DNA of 57,138 nt from an uncultured delta proteobacterium. GTDB lineage: Bacteria > Desulfobacterota > Desulfobacteria > Desulfobacterales > QNYZ01. The stretch lies in assembly GCA_963845145.1 (NCBI GenBank), contig CAWJQU010000009.1, positions 1-57,138 on the forward strand, read 5' to 3'. Positions 27,357 to 37,398 of the stretch are shown piece by piece. The translations under genes were made by a program, and so were the position numbers. The notes below the pieces were generated by a model, which saw only the letters and a list, made by a program, of their open reading frames with translations, was not told the origin of the DNA and made no database searches. Positions within the stretch are counted from its first letter, which is position 1. Every line of letters begins with the position of its first letter.

Positions 27357-28472
27357 TTAAAACAACGGTTGTTGCCGGGTATCGATACGATCAAAAGGCG
27401 AGAACAACGATTCGACATCTGTTTTTAGGTCATTGATCTGCTCAAGATGCGCCGTTTTCCAGCGATATACGTCCCGATGTAAGCGATTGGCGTCCTCGGT
27501 TAAGGTGGCCACCAATTGTGGCCGGGCGGATGGCCACATCAGCCGGGCCTGGTCCGTTGAAATGCCAGCCTTTTTGAATCGCCAAGCGCAATACCGGTCC
27601 CACCACAACGATTTTAGGCGTTTTTGGGTTAGGGACCCTTCGTAATAAAAGAGCATCCATTTCAATTGGCTCACGGGGATATGTAGATCCCTCGATATTT
27701 GAGCCAGTGCCTCGCGCCCCGGGCGAACATGATGGTCAAAGACAACCCAATAGGGGAACCTGTCATTCGTCGGCGCCACCTGGAAGATCTCCGGTGGGTC
27801 AGGTTTTGTCAGTAAGAACGCTGCCGCCTGAATGACGGCACGATCAAAAGGACTACCGATATTTTTGAAACGTTGTACCGCCGTTGTTTGGCCGTTTGGA
27901 TCTTGTGTGTCGATCCAGTTCCAGAAATCTTTGGGTCGCTCAATCGCACTGGCAATAAGTTTTATTTCCCTGGCCTGTTCACGATCCTTAATCACATCGG
28001 GATTCCTATCGGGATTGCGATCGGGATCACCATCCGGGTGGACCTCGTTTAACACCGACCGGTCACCTTTCGCCAGGGCATAGGCCATGGCCCCAAGACC
28101 AGCGGCATCCTGATTTTTTACCGACCGGGTGGCGTTGACCATGGCAGCCACTTTGCTTGGAAACATGCGCTTAAAACGACACGTCGCGCCTAGTGGCCAG
28201 CAAGCGCGAAAGGTCGTCAGCGCCGTCTGTTGAGTGAACCAACGCTTGGCGGCCGGCCCCGATAAACGGACATACGTGCTCAGGGTCAGGACCAGATTGA
28301 CATGTCCGCGGCGAGCCGCTTTTTGCAAAAGTGACCGGTATATCGGGTCGATTGGATCGGATCGATTCAAAGCTGAAACCGCCTTCGTCTGTTGACCGAT
28401 TTTTATGTCTATGCCATGGTTACTGAACCATCGAAGCGCGATGGACAACGCGCAACTTTTCGCCAGATACAT
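27357..28472 (-). CDS. Hypothetical protein with C-terminal QQPLF motif; start uncertain
   Basis: 371-codon ORF filling the gap between flanking genes. The N-terminal part may not be coding. Confidence 0.6.
   Translation of the reverse strand: MYLAKSCALSIALRWFSNHGIDIKIGQQTKAVSALNRSDPIDPIYRSLLQKAARRGHVNLVLTLSTYVRLSGPAAKRWFTQQTALTTFRACWPLGATCRFKRMFPSKVAAMVNATRSVKNQDAAGLGAMAYALAKGDRSVLNEVHPDGDPDRNPDRNPDVIKDREQAREIKLIASAIERPKDFWNWIDTQDPNGQTTAVQRFKNIGSPFDRAVIQAAAFLLTKPDPPEIFQVAPTNDRFPYWVVFDHHVRPGREALAQISRDLHIPVSQLKWMLFYYEGSLTQKRLKSLWWDRYCAWRFKKAGISTDQARLMWPSARPQLVATLTEDANRLHRDVYRWKTAHLEQINDLKTDVESLFSPFDRIDTRQQPLF
27996..28038. repeat. In-frame 12-bp tandem repeat (PDGD-PDRN-PDRN-PD)
   Basis: ATCGGGATTCCT ATCGGGATTGCG ATCGGGATCACC ATCCGGG. 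Confidence 0.7.
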
Positions 28473-28486
28473 AAGGGAAAATTGAT

Positions 28487-28993
28487 ATGTTCACATGGAA
28501 AGAGATCATCCATATCGCTGTCCAAATAGAACAAAACGGGGAAGAAACCTACCGGTATGCAGCCGAAAGAACCGAAGACCCCCGGTTATCCCTGGCTCTG
28601 TCTCATCTGGCAGATGAGGAATCGAGACATGCCCGATGGCTTTCCCGGCTCTCCCCCAAAGGTTCGATTCCTCCCGAGGCATCGGAATTTGAAAAAATTA
28701 CGCGTACTTTTTTGCGGGAAACGGTGGCCGACCAAGCATTCTCACTGCAGGAAGTTGATCTCACGGCTACCAGCACCATTGAGGAATTGATGGCCATCAG
28801 TCTAGAATTTGAGAAAGACACCGTTTTATTTTACGAAATGATCCGCAACTTCGCTTCCGATGACGCGACCCGCACCTTGTTTGATACCATCATCGCAGAA
28901 GAAAACAATCATATCAACAAACTCAAAAACGATTTTAAAACGATACAACACACCCACATAACAGACCGATCGGAAAACGTGAGGGTTCCTTAA
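28487..28993 (+). CDS. Rubrerythrin/ferritin-like protein
   Basis: AVQIE..DEESRH and EFEKD..EENNH. Confidence 0.88.
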   Translation: MFTWKEIIHIAVQIEQNGEETYRYAAERTEDPRLSLALSHLADEESRHARWLSRLSPKGSIPPEASEFEKITRTFLRETVADQAFSLQEVDLTATSTIEELMAISLEFEKDTVLFYEMIRNFASDDATRTLFDTIIAEENNHINKLKNDFKTIQHTHITDRSENVRVP

Positions 28994-29109
28994 ATTGCCC
29001 CGCCCACTCCATGGGGATAGGTAAGGATTGGCCGAATGTGAAAATTCATGGCACCATGGCGCAGTGTTAGACGGCCTAATTTTTTATGCCAACTGGTGTT
29101 GGATGACGA

Positions 29110-29910
29110 CTACCGGTTCAACAACCCTCCAACCGTCTTTTTTAGTCTTTCTCCCAATGGCATTTTGATACGAATGGTAAGGTAGAGATCGCCGGCACCA
29201 CCACCGCTTTTCCCATCCGACCCCATCCTGGCTAAACGAATCTTCTGCCCGCCTTTAATACCGGGAGGCACCTTTACGACCAGTTTTTTCTCACGATCAC
29301 GATGATAATAGGCGTATGGCCCGCCGCTATGGGCCTCATCCGGGTGTAAAAAGATGGTGTCGAACAGGTCGCCGCCTTTTTGAGGAGCAGCCAGGCCGAT
29401 CACTTTTTTGAAGAGATACCCAAGCAGTCGATTTTTTCCCCAGGGAAGCGACACCCCTGGAGCCTGTGGTTTACTTTTCGTCCCCCTGGAAAAGATAAAC
29501 CCGCCTGCAAAAAGTCCCGGGCGGCGGTATTGGAAGGTTTTTACGCCCTCACCATAAAAATCCTTAAAGATCTCATCAAATCCCCGAAGGCCAAAGGATC
29601 GGGCCATTTCTTCGAAAATCTGATGAATATCAGTACCTCTAAAAATATCTTGTTCAGAATAATTACCCCTGAAATGATCATAGGCACCAGTGCCAAATCG
29701 CCTGTAAAGCGCATCGTATTCCTGCCGCTTAACCGGGTCGGATAAAACAGCGTAGGCCTCGTTAACCCGTTTCATTTTATCGGCATGCCCGCTTACCGTA
29801 GATCGGTCGGGGTGGTACTTAAACGCTAATTTTCGAAAAGACTCCTTAATCTCTTCGGCGCTGGCATCCTTGGAAACGCCCAAGATACCATAGTAATCGG
29901 TTGAAGCCAT
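29110..29910 (-). CDS. DnaJ/CbpA-type J-domain co-chaperone (no zinc finger)
   Basis: DYYGILGV..KYHPDR..VNEAYAVLSD; C-terminal VKVPPGI..GDLYL. Confidence 0.9.
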   Translation of the reverse strand: MASTDYYGILGVSKDASAEEIKESFRKLAFKYHPDRSTVSGHADKMKRVNEAYAVLSDPVKRQEYDALYRRFGTGAYDHFRGNYSEQDIFRGTDIHQIFEEMARSFGLRGFDEIFKDFYGEGVKTFQYRRPGLFAGGFIFSRGTKSKPQAPGVSLPWGKNRLLGYLFKKVIGLAAPQKGGDLFDTIFLHPDEAHSGGPYAYYHRDREKKLVVKVPPGIKGGQKIRLARMGSDGKSGGGAGDLYLTIRIKMPLGERLKKTVGGLLNR

Positions 29911-30176
29911 AGAGTGATATACACTTTTTTAAAAGTTGAACAACAATTCGGCCCATCCCATCGTTGCGAACTTTATTATACCACACACACGGGTATAAAT
30001 CACCCTGAACCGGTCACCTGAATCGGTCATCTGGACCGGCCTGCTGAAGATGAACAATTTTGAAAGGCACCGTGGCGCCCACTCTCAAAATATATGGCAG
30101 CGATGCTACCAATTAAAACTTGACCATCAGGCTGAATCCCGCTTATGTTACCATCTATAGATAAAGAGAAGATAAG

Positions 30177-30887
30177 ATGACCCTTGAAACCATCACAGAC
30201 GAACTGATTGAAAATCTGGCGCCATTTCATTTCGGCCCACCCGTCACCCATGTCTACAATCCCTTGCTCTATGCCCGAAAATCCCACGATTGCTATTCTA
30301 CCCGCTTTGGCCAACCGCCCAAAGAGGTCCTTTTGGTAGGGATGAATCCCGGTCCCTGGGGTATGGCTCAAACCGGCATTCCTTTCGGTGATGTTAAATC
30401 GGTGACCACCTGGCTTAACATTCGGGAACCGGTTGGTAAACCGGAAAACAACCACCCTAAACGGCCGATCCAGGGGTTCGACTGCTCCCGCAGCGAAGTG
30501 AGCGGTCAACGGATCTGGGGATGGGCGAAAGAGGTTTTTGGTACGCCCGAACGGTTTTTCAGGCGCTTTTATATTGCCAACTACTGCCCCTTGTCTTTTA
30601 TGGAGGAAAGCGGGCGCAACCGAACACCTGACAAACTGCCCATCAAAGAGCGAACGCCGCTGATTGACGCCTGTGATAGGGCCTTATTACAAACCATAGA
30701 GTACCTGTCGCCCCGTTATGTCATCGGTGTCGGTGTGTTTGCCGCCACAAGAATTAACCGGTTATGCCGTGGATCGGGTCGAGTCACTGGGCGTATCACG
30801 CATCCCAGCCCCGCCAATCCCCTGGCCAATAAAGGGTGGACACAACGGGTTCGCCTTGAAATCGAAGCCCTGGGGATTAAACTCTGA
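30177..30887 (+). CDS. SMUG1-like (family 3) uracil-DNA glycosylase
   Basis: GMNPGPWGMAQTGIPFG, SEVSG, NYCPL, HPSPANP. Confidence 0.92.
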   Translation: MTLETITDELIENLAPFHFGPPVTHVYNPLLYARKSHDCYSTRFGQPPKEVLLVGMNPGPWGMAQTGIPFGDVKSVTTWLNIREPVGKPENNHPKRPIQGFDCSRSEVSGQRIWGWAKEVFGTPERFFRRFYIANYCPLSFMEESGRNRTPDKLPIKERTPLIDACDRALLQTIEYLSPRYVIGVGVFAATRINRLCRGSGRVTGRITHPSPANPLANKGWTQRVRLEIEALGIKL

Positions 30888-30914
30888 CAATCAGACCCAC
30901 CCCAAACGTCTGTT

Positions 30915-32072
30915 TTATAGCGAATTCAATTGTGGCTTCCATTTAGACAAAAAACCATTCGGCCTGAGAGGGTAGCGATGGTTATTTTTACTTTTTTGCT
31001 TTTTGCCGGATTTAGATTCAGGCTGATTCAACGTTTCGTCGCGATGCGTGCCGTTGGGTGGTGATATATTTAACCCCTCGATCTTGTACAAGAGGGTTTT
31101 ATAGCTGATCTTCAGCATTTTGGCTGCGATGGTCCGATTCCAGCTGGTCTGTTCGAGTACCGTTGCAATCACTTCCCTCTCCACCAGATCAAGCGCTTCT
31201 CTTCGGATGGCTTTCAGGGCGGGGGCGTGCCCCGTTCGTAAATTCGTTTCCATCATCTTCGCCATATTATTAATAAAAGGCGATTGGACACCTCTCTCGA
31301 CGCTTAGATCCGATTCTTCCCGAGGCAAATTGGGATTATTGAGCTGCGCAATCACTTTCTCGCTTTCTCCCAGAACCAGAATCCGCTTCAGTACATTCTG
31401 CAACTCCCGAACATTGCCGGGCCAGGAATGGGCGCAAAGCGCTTTGATCGTCTCTTCATCCAGCGTTTCCTCACTCACGTATCTTGAGGCATACCGCTTG
31501 GTATAATAGCCAATAAGCTCGGGAACGTCTTCGGGACGCTCCCGAAGCGGGGGAATGTAAATACTGATTGTATTCAGGCGATAGTATAAATCCTCTCGAA
31601 ACCGTTGTTCTGCGATTTGGCGCTCAAGTTCCTGATTGGTAGTCGCAATAACCCAGGTGTCAATGGTTACTTCCCTTTCGGATCCCAATGGGATAATTTC
31701 GCCGCTTTGCAAGGCCCTCAACAGCTTGGCCTGTAACGAAAAGGGCATGTCCCCGATCTCGTCCAAAAGCAAGGTCCCGTTGTGGGCTAATTCGAATTTT
31801 CCCCGCTTCCGTTTCACCGCCCCGGTAAAGGCGCCCCGATCATGACCGAACAGTTCACTCTCCAAAAGCGTTTCGGGCAGAGCCGCACAATTGATTTTTA
31901 CAAACGGTTTATCGGCTCGAGGGGATTGCTGATAGAGTTGATGGGCCACTACCTCCTTGCCCACCCCGCTCTCTCCGGTGATGACGACATTGAGCCCGGT
32001 ATGCGCTACGCGCGCAATAATTTCCTTGATCTTTAATATCTCTTTGCTGACTCCGATTAATGGGACCGGCAT
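30915..32072 (-). CDS. Sigma54-dependent activator lacking an N-terminal regulatory domain
   Basis: [35 protein letters not shown] and a Fis-type HTH. The AAA+ domain begins at residue ~5. Confidence 0.92.
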   Translation of the reverse strand: MPVPLIGVSKEILKIKEIIARVAHTGLNVVITGESGVGKEVVAHQLYQQSPRADKPFVKINCAALPETLLESELFGHDRGAFTGAVKRKRGKFELAHNGTLLLDEIGDMPFSLQAKLLRALQSGEIIPLGSEREVTIDTWVIATTNQELERQIAEQRFREDLYYRLNTISIYIPPLRERPEDVPELIGYYTKRYASRYVSEETLDEETIKALCAHSWPGNVRELQNVLKRILVLGESEKVIAQLNNPNLPREESDLSVERGVQSPFINNMAKMMETNLRTGHAPALKAIRREALDLVEREVIATVLEQTSWNRTIAAKMLKISYKTLLYKIEGLNISPPNGTHRDETLNQPESKSGKKQKSKNNHRYPLRPNGFLSKWKPQLNSL

Positions 32073-32232
32073 TAAGTGCCTCCCCTATCCATGGTGCGTG
32101 TTTAAAAAAGTGGCTGCCTCTTATCGGCAGAATGGATCATTTTTTGTTTTCCGGTTTTGAAACAAACCCTGTATATTCAAAAGGTATACATTTAAGCGGC
32201 TATGTCTATCTGCTGCCACATACTATTGTATA

Positions 32233-32248
32233 TGCAATTATATTGCCA
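32233..32248 (-). promoter_or_regulatory. Putative sigma54 -24/-12 promoter
   Basis: Minus strand TGGCAATATAATTGCA (GG-N10-GC), ~160 bp upstream of the activator gene. Confidence 0.65.
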
Positions 32249-32715
32249 AATTACATATTCATATATATACTGACGCTCTAAAATTTTATATATTTGTAAT
32301 TATTATAATATATAGTATTAAATGAAGTTTATTATTTTTTGCACTCGTAACAAATTAAAAATTCGTCTATTTTATTGACACCAATTTTGGCAATATTTGT
32401 AATTTATATTACGCATAGTGAGCGCTTTATACAAAGTCTGGCCGAATTTTAGCGCATGCCTAAAACAACCCAAAAATAACGAATAAATATCGAGTCCAAA
32501 AAAAATTGCGGGTAAGCAATCGTTTTTAAACACAAACGTCTGATGAAATACTTTTTTAATACTTCCAAAAAAGTTGGGCATGGCCATCAAATATGCAATT
32601 GATTGAAAGGGGAAATCAGGGCGGGCATGCAATTGTCAATATGGTGTACAAAAAGCCAATGGCCGGCATACCTGATTGACAGTGAATATGGGGTTAATTC
32701 GATAGAGAGCCGGTT

Positions 32716-33186
32716 TCACGCTGGAGCCCAATGATCAGGGACACGCACTGCGACAACCTCTCCGCAGGCGCACAAAATTTCTTTCGACATTAATTCTACC
32801 GCCACAACGACCTTGCGAGGCTTAACTTCAACCACCTTTGCCACCAATTCCATTTCAACATCGATGGGCGTGGGCTTCAAATAATCGACATGCAGTGAAG
32901 CTGTCACATATCGAAGTTCAGGCAGGGTGCCCATTTTGCGATCCTCGGACCGATAGGCCGCGGCGGCAGCGGTTCCGGTGGCATGGCAATCGATCACCGA
33001 AGCAATCAAGCCACCATATACATAACCGGGCAAGGCGGTATGATAGGGACTGGGCACAAAGCGACAGATCGTCTCTTCCCCATTCCAATAGCTTTTAATT
33101 TTCAATCCGTGAGCATTCAGTCGACCACACCCGTAACAATAACTTGAATGATCCTCATAGTAATCCTGAAATGCTTTCTCAGCCAC
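32716..33186 (-). CDS. PaaI/hot-dog thioesterase
   Basis: CYGCG..N, GYVYGGLIASVIDCH, VTASLHVDYLKPTP. Confidence 0.88.
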   Translation of the reverse strand: MAEKAFQDYYEDHSSYCYGCGRLNAHGLKIKSYWNGEETICRFVPSPYHTALPGYVYGGLIASVIDCHATGTAAAAAYRSEDRKMGTLPELRYVTASLHVDYLKPTPIDVEMELVAKVVEVKPRKVVVAVELMSKEILCACGEVVAVRVPDHWAPA

Positions 33187-33317
33187 GTGGCGCTCCTTTT
33201 TCAGGTTAAATAGATCAGAGATTTTCTTTTACTTTTTTCATGAACTTGCCTATTATATTGCATTAGAAATGTATTTTCCATCTATTTAACTTGAATTAAC
33301 TCAGCAACAGCAGAACC

Positions 33318-33896
33318 ATGCCGAACCCAGATCACAAAACCATTTTCAAAACCCTGATGGATGGCAACGCCCGCTTCGTTTCCGGCCGTACCAAGGGACC
33401 GGATACATCTTTGGAACACCGTAAAAGTTTGCTAAAAGGACAACAACCGCTCGCGGTCGTCGTATCCTGTTCCGATTCACGGGTCTCGCCTGAAATCATT
33501 TTTGATCTTGGGCTGGGGGACTTGTTTGTAATACGAACCGCCGGGAACCTGGTGGATCGATTAGCCTTGGAAAGTATTAGTTTTGGCGTTAACCACCTGG
33601 GTGTTCGGTTTGTCCTCGTCCTTGGGCATAGTCGATGTGGGGCCGTTACCGAGGCGGTTAAATTAGATAGGATCACCCCCGAACATGGAAAAATAGCCAA
33701 TCTTCTCAAACCGGCCATTGCTGATGGCCACCACTTCAACCAGGACCCGGTCGAGGGTGCGATATTGGCCAATATCAACCGGACGGTGTCCAGCCTTACC
33801 CAGTCTCTCCCGCTTTCATCCCTGGCGGTTGATAAAAAACTATTGATTTGTGGCGCCATCTACCGCCTGGAAGACGGGCGGATTCATTTCATTTAA
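33318..33896 (+). CDS. Beta-class carbonic anhydrase
   Basis: CSDSRV, GDLFVIRTAGN, GHSRCGA. Confidence 0.93.
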   Translation: MPNPDHKTIFKTLMDGNARFVSGRTKGPDTSLEHRKSLLKGQQPLAVVVSCSDSRVSPEIIFDLGLGDLFVIRTAGNLVDRLALESISFGVNHLGVRFVLVLGHSRCGAVTEAVKLDRITPEHGKIANLLKPAIADGHHFNQDPVEGAILANINRTVSSLTQSLPLSSLAVDKKLLICGAIYRLEDGRIHFI

Positions 33897-34010
33897 GATG
33901 AACCGGGCAATGACAACTCGACCAGCGAGCCCGATAAGGGACCATAAAACGATTTCTATCCGCCGGGGTTGATTCGCCCGTAGACGTCAGAGAAGGGGCC
34001 AATACCAAAC

Positions 34011-34475
34011 ATGACAACACGCGCTATTCAAATTCTAAACCAAAAAAAAATTATTTTTAAAATTATCCGTTACAATCACGAAGAAAAGGGTGCCTTATTT
34101 GCATCGCGGGCGATTCATTTTCCGCTCGAAAAAACAGTAAAGACCTTGGTTGCCGATGCCGGCCAAAACAGCTATCTATTGGCCCTGATCCCAGGTAATC
34201 ATCACCTTTCGACTAAAAACCTGGCAAAAGCCCATAGTGTCAAGCGGGTTGCCATGGCCGACCCGACAGCCGCCGAACGCATCACCGGCTTCAAAATCGG
34301 AGGCATCAGTCCAATCGGGACACGGCAGAAGCTACCTGTTATTATGGAAGCCGGTCTTTTCAAATTTGAACAAATTGCCATTAACGGCGGCCAGCGTGGT
34401 GTTATGGTGATCATCGCCCCGGCAGCCATACAAAATCTTTTAGATGCCAAGATCGGCCACATCGTTAAAACGTGA
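34011..34475 (+). CDS. ybaK: YbaK/EbsC aminoacyl-tRNA deacylase
   Basis: KTVKTL, AERITGFKIGGISPIG, NGGQRG. Confidence 0.88.
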   Translation: MTTRAIQILNQKKIIFKIIRYNHEEKGALFASRAIHFPLEKTVKTLVADAGQNSYLLALIPGNHHLSTKNLAKAHSVKRVAMADPTAAERITGFKIGGISPIGTRQKLPVIMEAGLFKFEQIAINGGQRGVMVIIAPAAIQNLLDAKIGHIVKT

Positions 34476-34783
34476 CGACCTTAAATACGCTGCCTTGAAA
34501 AGGGCAAATGTTTCGGCCGGTGAAATTTTACCTCTCTCCTTGACTTGCATACCTCGAAGACCATAAACGATAATAGGTCGGCTATTAAATAATCCCGATT
34601 CATTAATCAGTTTTGCATAATTTAAAAATTGATGTTATTGGCTTTTCCATTGCACAAACCAAATTGAAAGGTCCGGGCTAATGGGCAACATGCCGGCCCC
34701 CGGATTGATGGTCCATATCATCTAACACGATCAGCCAAATGCGTTTTTGACAAAGGATACTTAATGACAGGGAGAAGCCGATA

Positions 34784-35698
34784 GTGTTCGCCAAATTTTT
34801 CAAACGCCGGTGTGCCGATGAACAATCCCCGTTCCAACGGTCATTCGGACAAATGCCTATTGGGGTTTGCCGATTATCAAAAGGGTTGAAATGGATAGAG
34901 GCCAATCCTCAAATGGCGATTATGCTGGGATATGCTGACGCAAAAAGCCTTTTGGAAGGAGCGCCTGCTTTCGAAAGCCATTTCGCAGATCCGGAAGAAC
35001 TGAAGGAATTCAAGGGCACATTGATAAAAAACGAACCGCTCCAGGAATTTCAGGCCCACTTACGCAATAAGGATGGTCGGTCCCTTCCGGTTTCCCTCTC
35101 GGTTCAAATTGAACGAAGTCCTAAAGGGCAGGTACATTTTTACGAGGTATATGCCCGCCAGACTCGTTGGGAGGATATCGCTTCAACACTCACCCGCATA
35201 ACCCATGCCATCAGCACAACCCAAGATTTAAACCGCCTGTATAAAGCCATCCATGACATTTTAAAAGAGCGTCTGGGTACCCCAAATTTTTTCATCGCCA
35301 TCGTCGATGAGATTGATGACGCACTGTTTTTCCCCTATTATGAAGATGAAAAGGACAATATGTGGGAAATTCCTGGTATCAGTGATCCTGAGACCAAAAG
35401 CCTTACCCTTGATGTCATCCGAAGTGGCGAACCGCTGTTTGTAACCAAGAAGCAGATCGCAGAAAAAGGTCATAGCGTCATCGGGCCGGCACCAGCTGTT
35501 TGGATCGGTATCCCCTTAAAAGTAAAGGGGGCCGTCATCGGGGCTATGGCGATCCAGCATTATTCGAATCCGGACCATTTCACATCCGAAGATTTCGATG
35601 TCATGACATCCGTCTCGGAACAAATTGCACTGGCCATTGAACGAAGAATGAACGAAGATTCCGGAAAAACAAGTAGGTCGAAATATCCGAAGCCCTAA
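34784..35698 (+). CDS. PAS-GAF sensor protein without output domain (probably truncated)
   Basis: EANPQMAIMLGY (PAS); FFIAI..WIGIPLK..IGAMAIQ..QIALAIER (GAF). Stops just after a linker helix. Confidence 0.75.
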   Translation: MFAKFFKRRCADEQSPFQRSFGQMPIGVCRLSKGLKWIEANPQMAIMLGYADAKSLLEGAPAFESHFADPEELKEFKGTLIKNEPLQEFQAHLRNKDGRSLPVSLSVQIERSPKGQVHFYEVYARQTRWEDIASTLTRITHAISTTQDLNRLYKAIHDILKERLGTPNFFIAIVDEIDDALFFPYYEDEKDNMWEIPGISDPETKSLTLDVIRSGEPLFVTKKQIAEKGHSVIGPAPAVWIGIPLKVKGAVIGAMAIQHYSNPDHFTSEDFDVMTSVSEQIALAIERRMNEDSGKTSRSKYPKP

Positions 35699-35738
35699 GG
35701 GTTCGCTTAAAAATGTGAAGTGATTTTTTCGCGAGCCC
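35699..35738 (+). repeat. 40-bp internally deleted form of repeat family 2
   Basis: TAA-GGGTTCGCTTAAAAATGTGAAGTGATTTTTTCGCGAGCCC-TGA. Ends match those of 40413-40568. Confidence 0.8.
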
Positions 35739-35828
35739 TGAGAAAAAGAAATGATTTAAAGTCGGCTCACAGTGGGTAATCATTGATCCAACCTGAAGGC
35801 GCTATCAGCCACCGGTCGAACGGCACTT

Positions 35829-37319
35829 TCACCGAGCCCCGGCCCTTTTAAGAATATCCACGATCTCGTCACATCGCATAACCTCAGCCCCCATCAGCGG
35901 TGTTTCTCCGCCTTTGGCTTGGGCGTTCACATCGGCGCCGGCCTCAATAAGGGCTTTTACCAATGGTGCTGAATTACAATTTCCAGAGGCCAATATCAGT
36001 GGTGTCAAACCATCTTCGGCCTTAAATTCCACCTCTCCCCCTTTGTCGATAAATAGCTGTGCGATTTTATCCTTATGCCCCATCACGGCGGCAAAAAGAG
36101 GGGAATGGCCCAATCGTGGCCGTCTGACATTGGGAGACATTCCGCGGGCTAAAAACCCTTTTACCGCCGGCATGTCCCCGATCAGGATGCTGATGAAAAA
36201 CCGATCTACGACTTCGTCGGGTTGCTTCACCCTCTCCTTTTTTGATGCGAGTTCAAAGGAGAGTTGAGAAATTGATTTGGTATTACCCGGTCCGACAGGC
36301 CTGGCTTTTCTTCTCCTGCCGGTTTCTAATTCCAGGATTTGGGAGATTTGCCAACCATTATTATTATCGAAATTAAAAGTGAATTTGAGAGGATGATCCT
36401 TCAACTGTTTATCAATTGACTCGCTGCAAATGAAATGAATATCGCGCCGCCGGGAAGTATTTTTTTTCCATTTTTTTTCACCATACCCAATCCCATGGAA
36501 CGCTTTGTAATTTTGGACACAATCCTGTTGTGCCAATATCCAAAACAATCCCGGCCGATCCAGCTGGGTAGGAATCTTTTTATAGGCCACCCATCGGCCC
36601 TTCTGCTTGAAAAGGTAGGCCTTTACCCTTATCTTTTCACCGTTTTGCTTGCAATTTATATTGGCGATCGCAAAATCGCCCAGGTTGCTGCTTAAAATAC
36701 CGGTTGCCGTTTTTAAAATTTTATCATCACCCGAGGCCAGCAGCATTTTTTCAATGGCTTTGTTTATCGGGGTCTTAAAAATCGATGTGTCGTAGTCGAT
36801 CTTCGACCCTTTTCGGGGACGCCTTTTTTTATCCCCTCCAATTTTCGCCACCCGCCCTTTACCAGAGGCCCCAACCCCGCTCTCATTTAACCCTGCGGCG
36901 CTCATTGCGGGTCGTTTCGAAGCGTTTTGGGATGCCAAGGCTTCATCAATCGACATTCCGTCGGCCAACGCGATATGGCGACCGGAAACCCAGCCTTGCA
37001 GACCACTCCGGCTATGAACGTTTACCCAACGGCCCTTTTTCAATTGAACGGCAACCTCATCTCCTTTTTTTAACACCCCCAAAATACGGCCCTTTGTAAA
37101 TCCGCCAGCTCTCAGGTTTAGCCGATAAGCGGTAACCTTGGCAATGATCGGTTTTGGCGTTGCAAGCTCATCTGCCGAGGTTTCCGGTTGTATATCCATT
37201 TCGGTAAATTCGGGAGGCAGGCTCGTTTTTTCAGGTAAAGGAACCGGTTTATTAACAGCACATCCATATGCCAGTATTACCAAAAAAAGGATCCCTAAAA
37301 AATGTCTCAATGCATTCAT
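35829..37319 (-). CDS. Lipoprotein with SH3b domain and C-terminal ankyrin repeats
   Basis: Lipobox-like LAYGC; LNLRAG..GRWVNV..GWVS (SH3b); GHSPLFAA, GLTPLILA and GETPLMGA (ankyrin). Confidence 0.85.
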   Translation of the reverse strand: MNALRHFLGILFLVILAYGCAVNKPVPLPEKTSLPPEFTEMDIQPETSADELATPKPIIAKVTAYRLNLRAGGFTKGRILGVLKKGDEVAVQLKKGRWVNVHSRSGLQGWVSGRHIALADGMSIDEALASQNASKRPAMSAAGLNESGVGASGKGRVAKIGGDKKRRPRKGSKIDYDTSIFKTPINKAIEKMLLASGDDKILKTATGILSSNLGDFAIANINCKQNGEKIRVKAYLFKQKGRWVAYKKIPTQLDRPGLFWILAQQDCVQNYKAFHGIGYGEKKWKKNTSRRRDIHFICSESIDKQLKDHPLKFTFNFDNNNGWQISQILELETGRRRKARPVGPGNTKSISQLSFELASKKERVKQPDEVVDRFFISILIGDMPAVKGFLARGMSPNVRRPRLGHSPLFAAVMGHKDKIAQLFIDKGGEVEFKAEDGLTPLILASGNCNSAPLVKALIEAGADVNAQAKGGETPLMGAEVMRCDEIVDILKRAGAR

Positions 37320-37398
37320 TTATGTCTCCTTAGACCCTTGCCTTACGCCATGTCAATTTCATCCCTATCTTGATGCTAATCAATATTTAGCGCGAATG

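Noticed and set aside
24664..28472. Selenoprotein (UGA read-through) near yqeC
   Set aside because: I found no in-frame TGA at a Cys-equivalent position with downstream coding continuity.
32372..32632. 86-aa ORF in the AT-rich intergenic region
   Set aside because: No motifs or RBS; more likely regulatory DNA.
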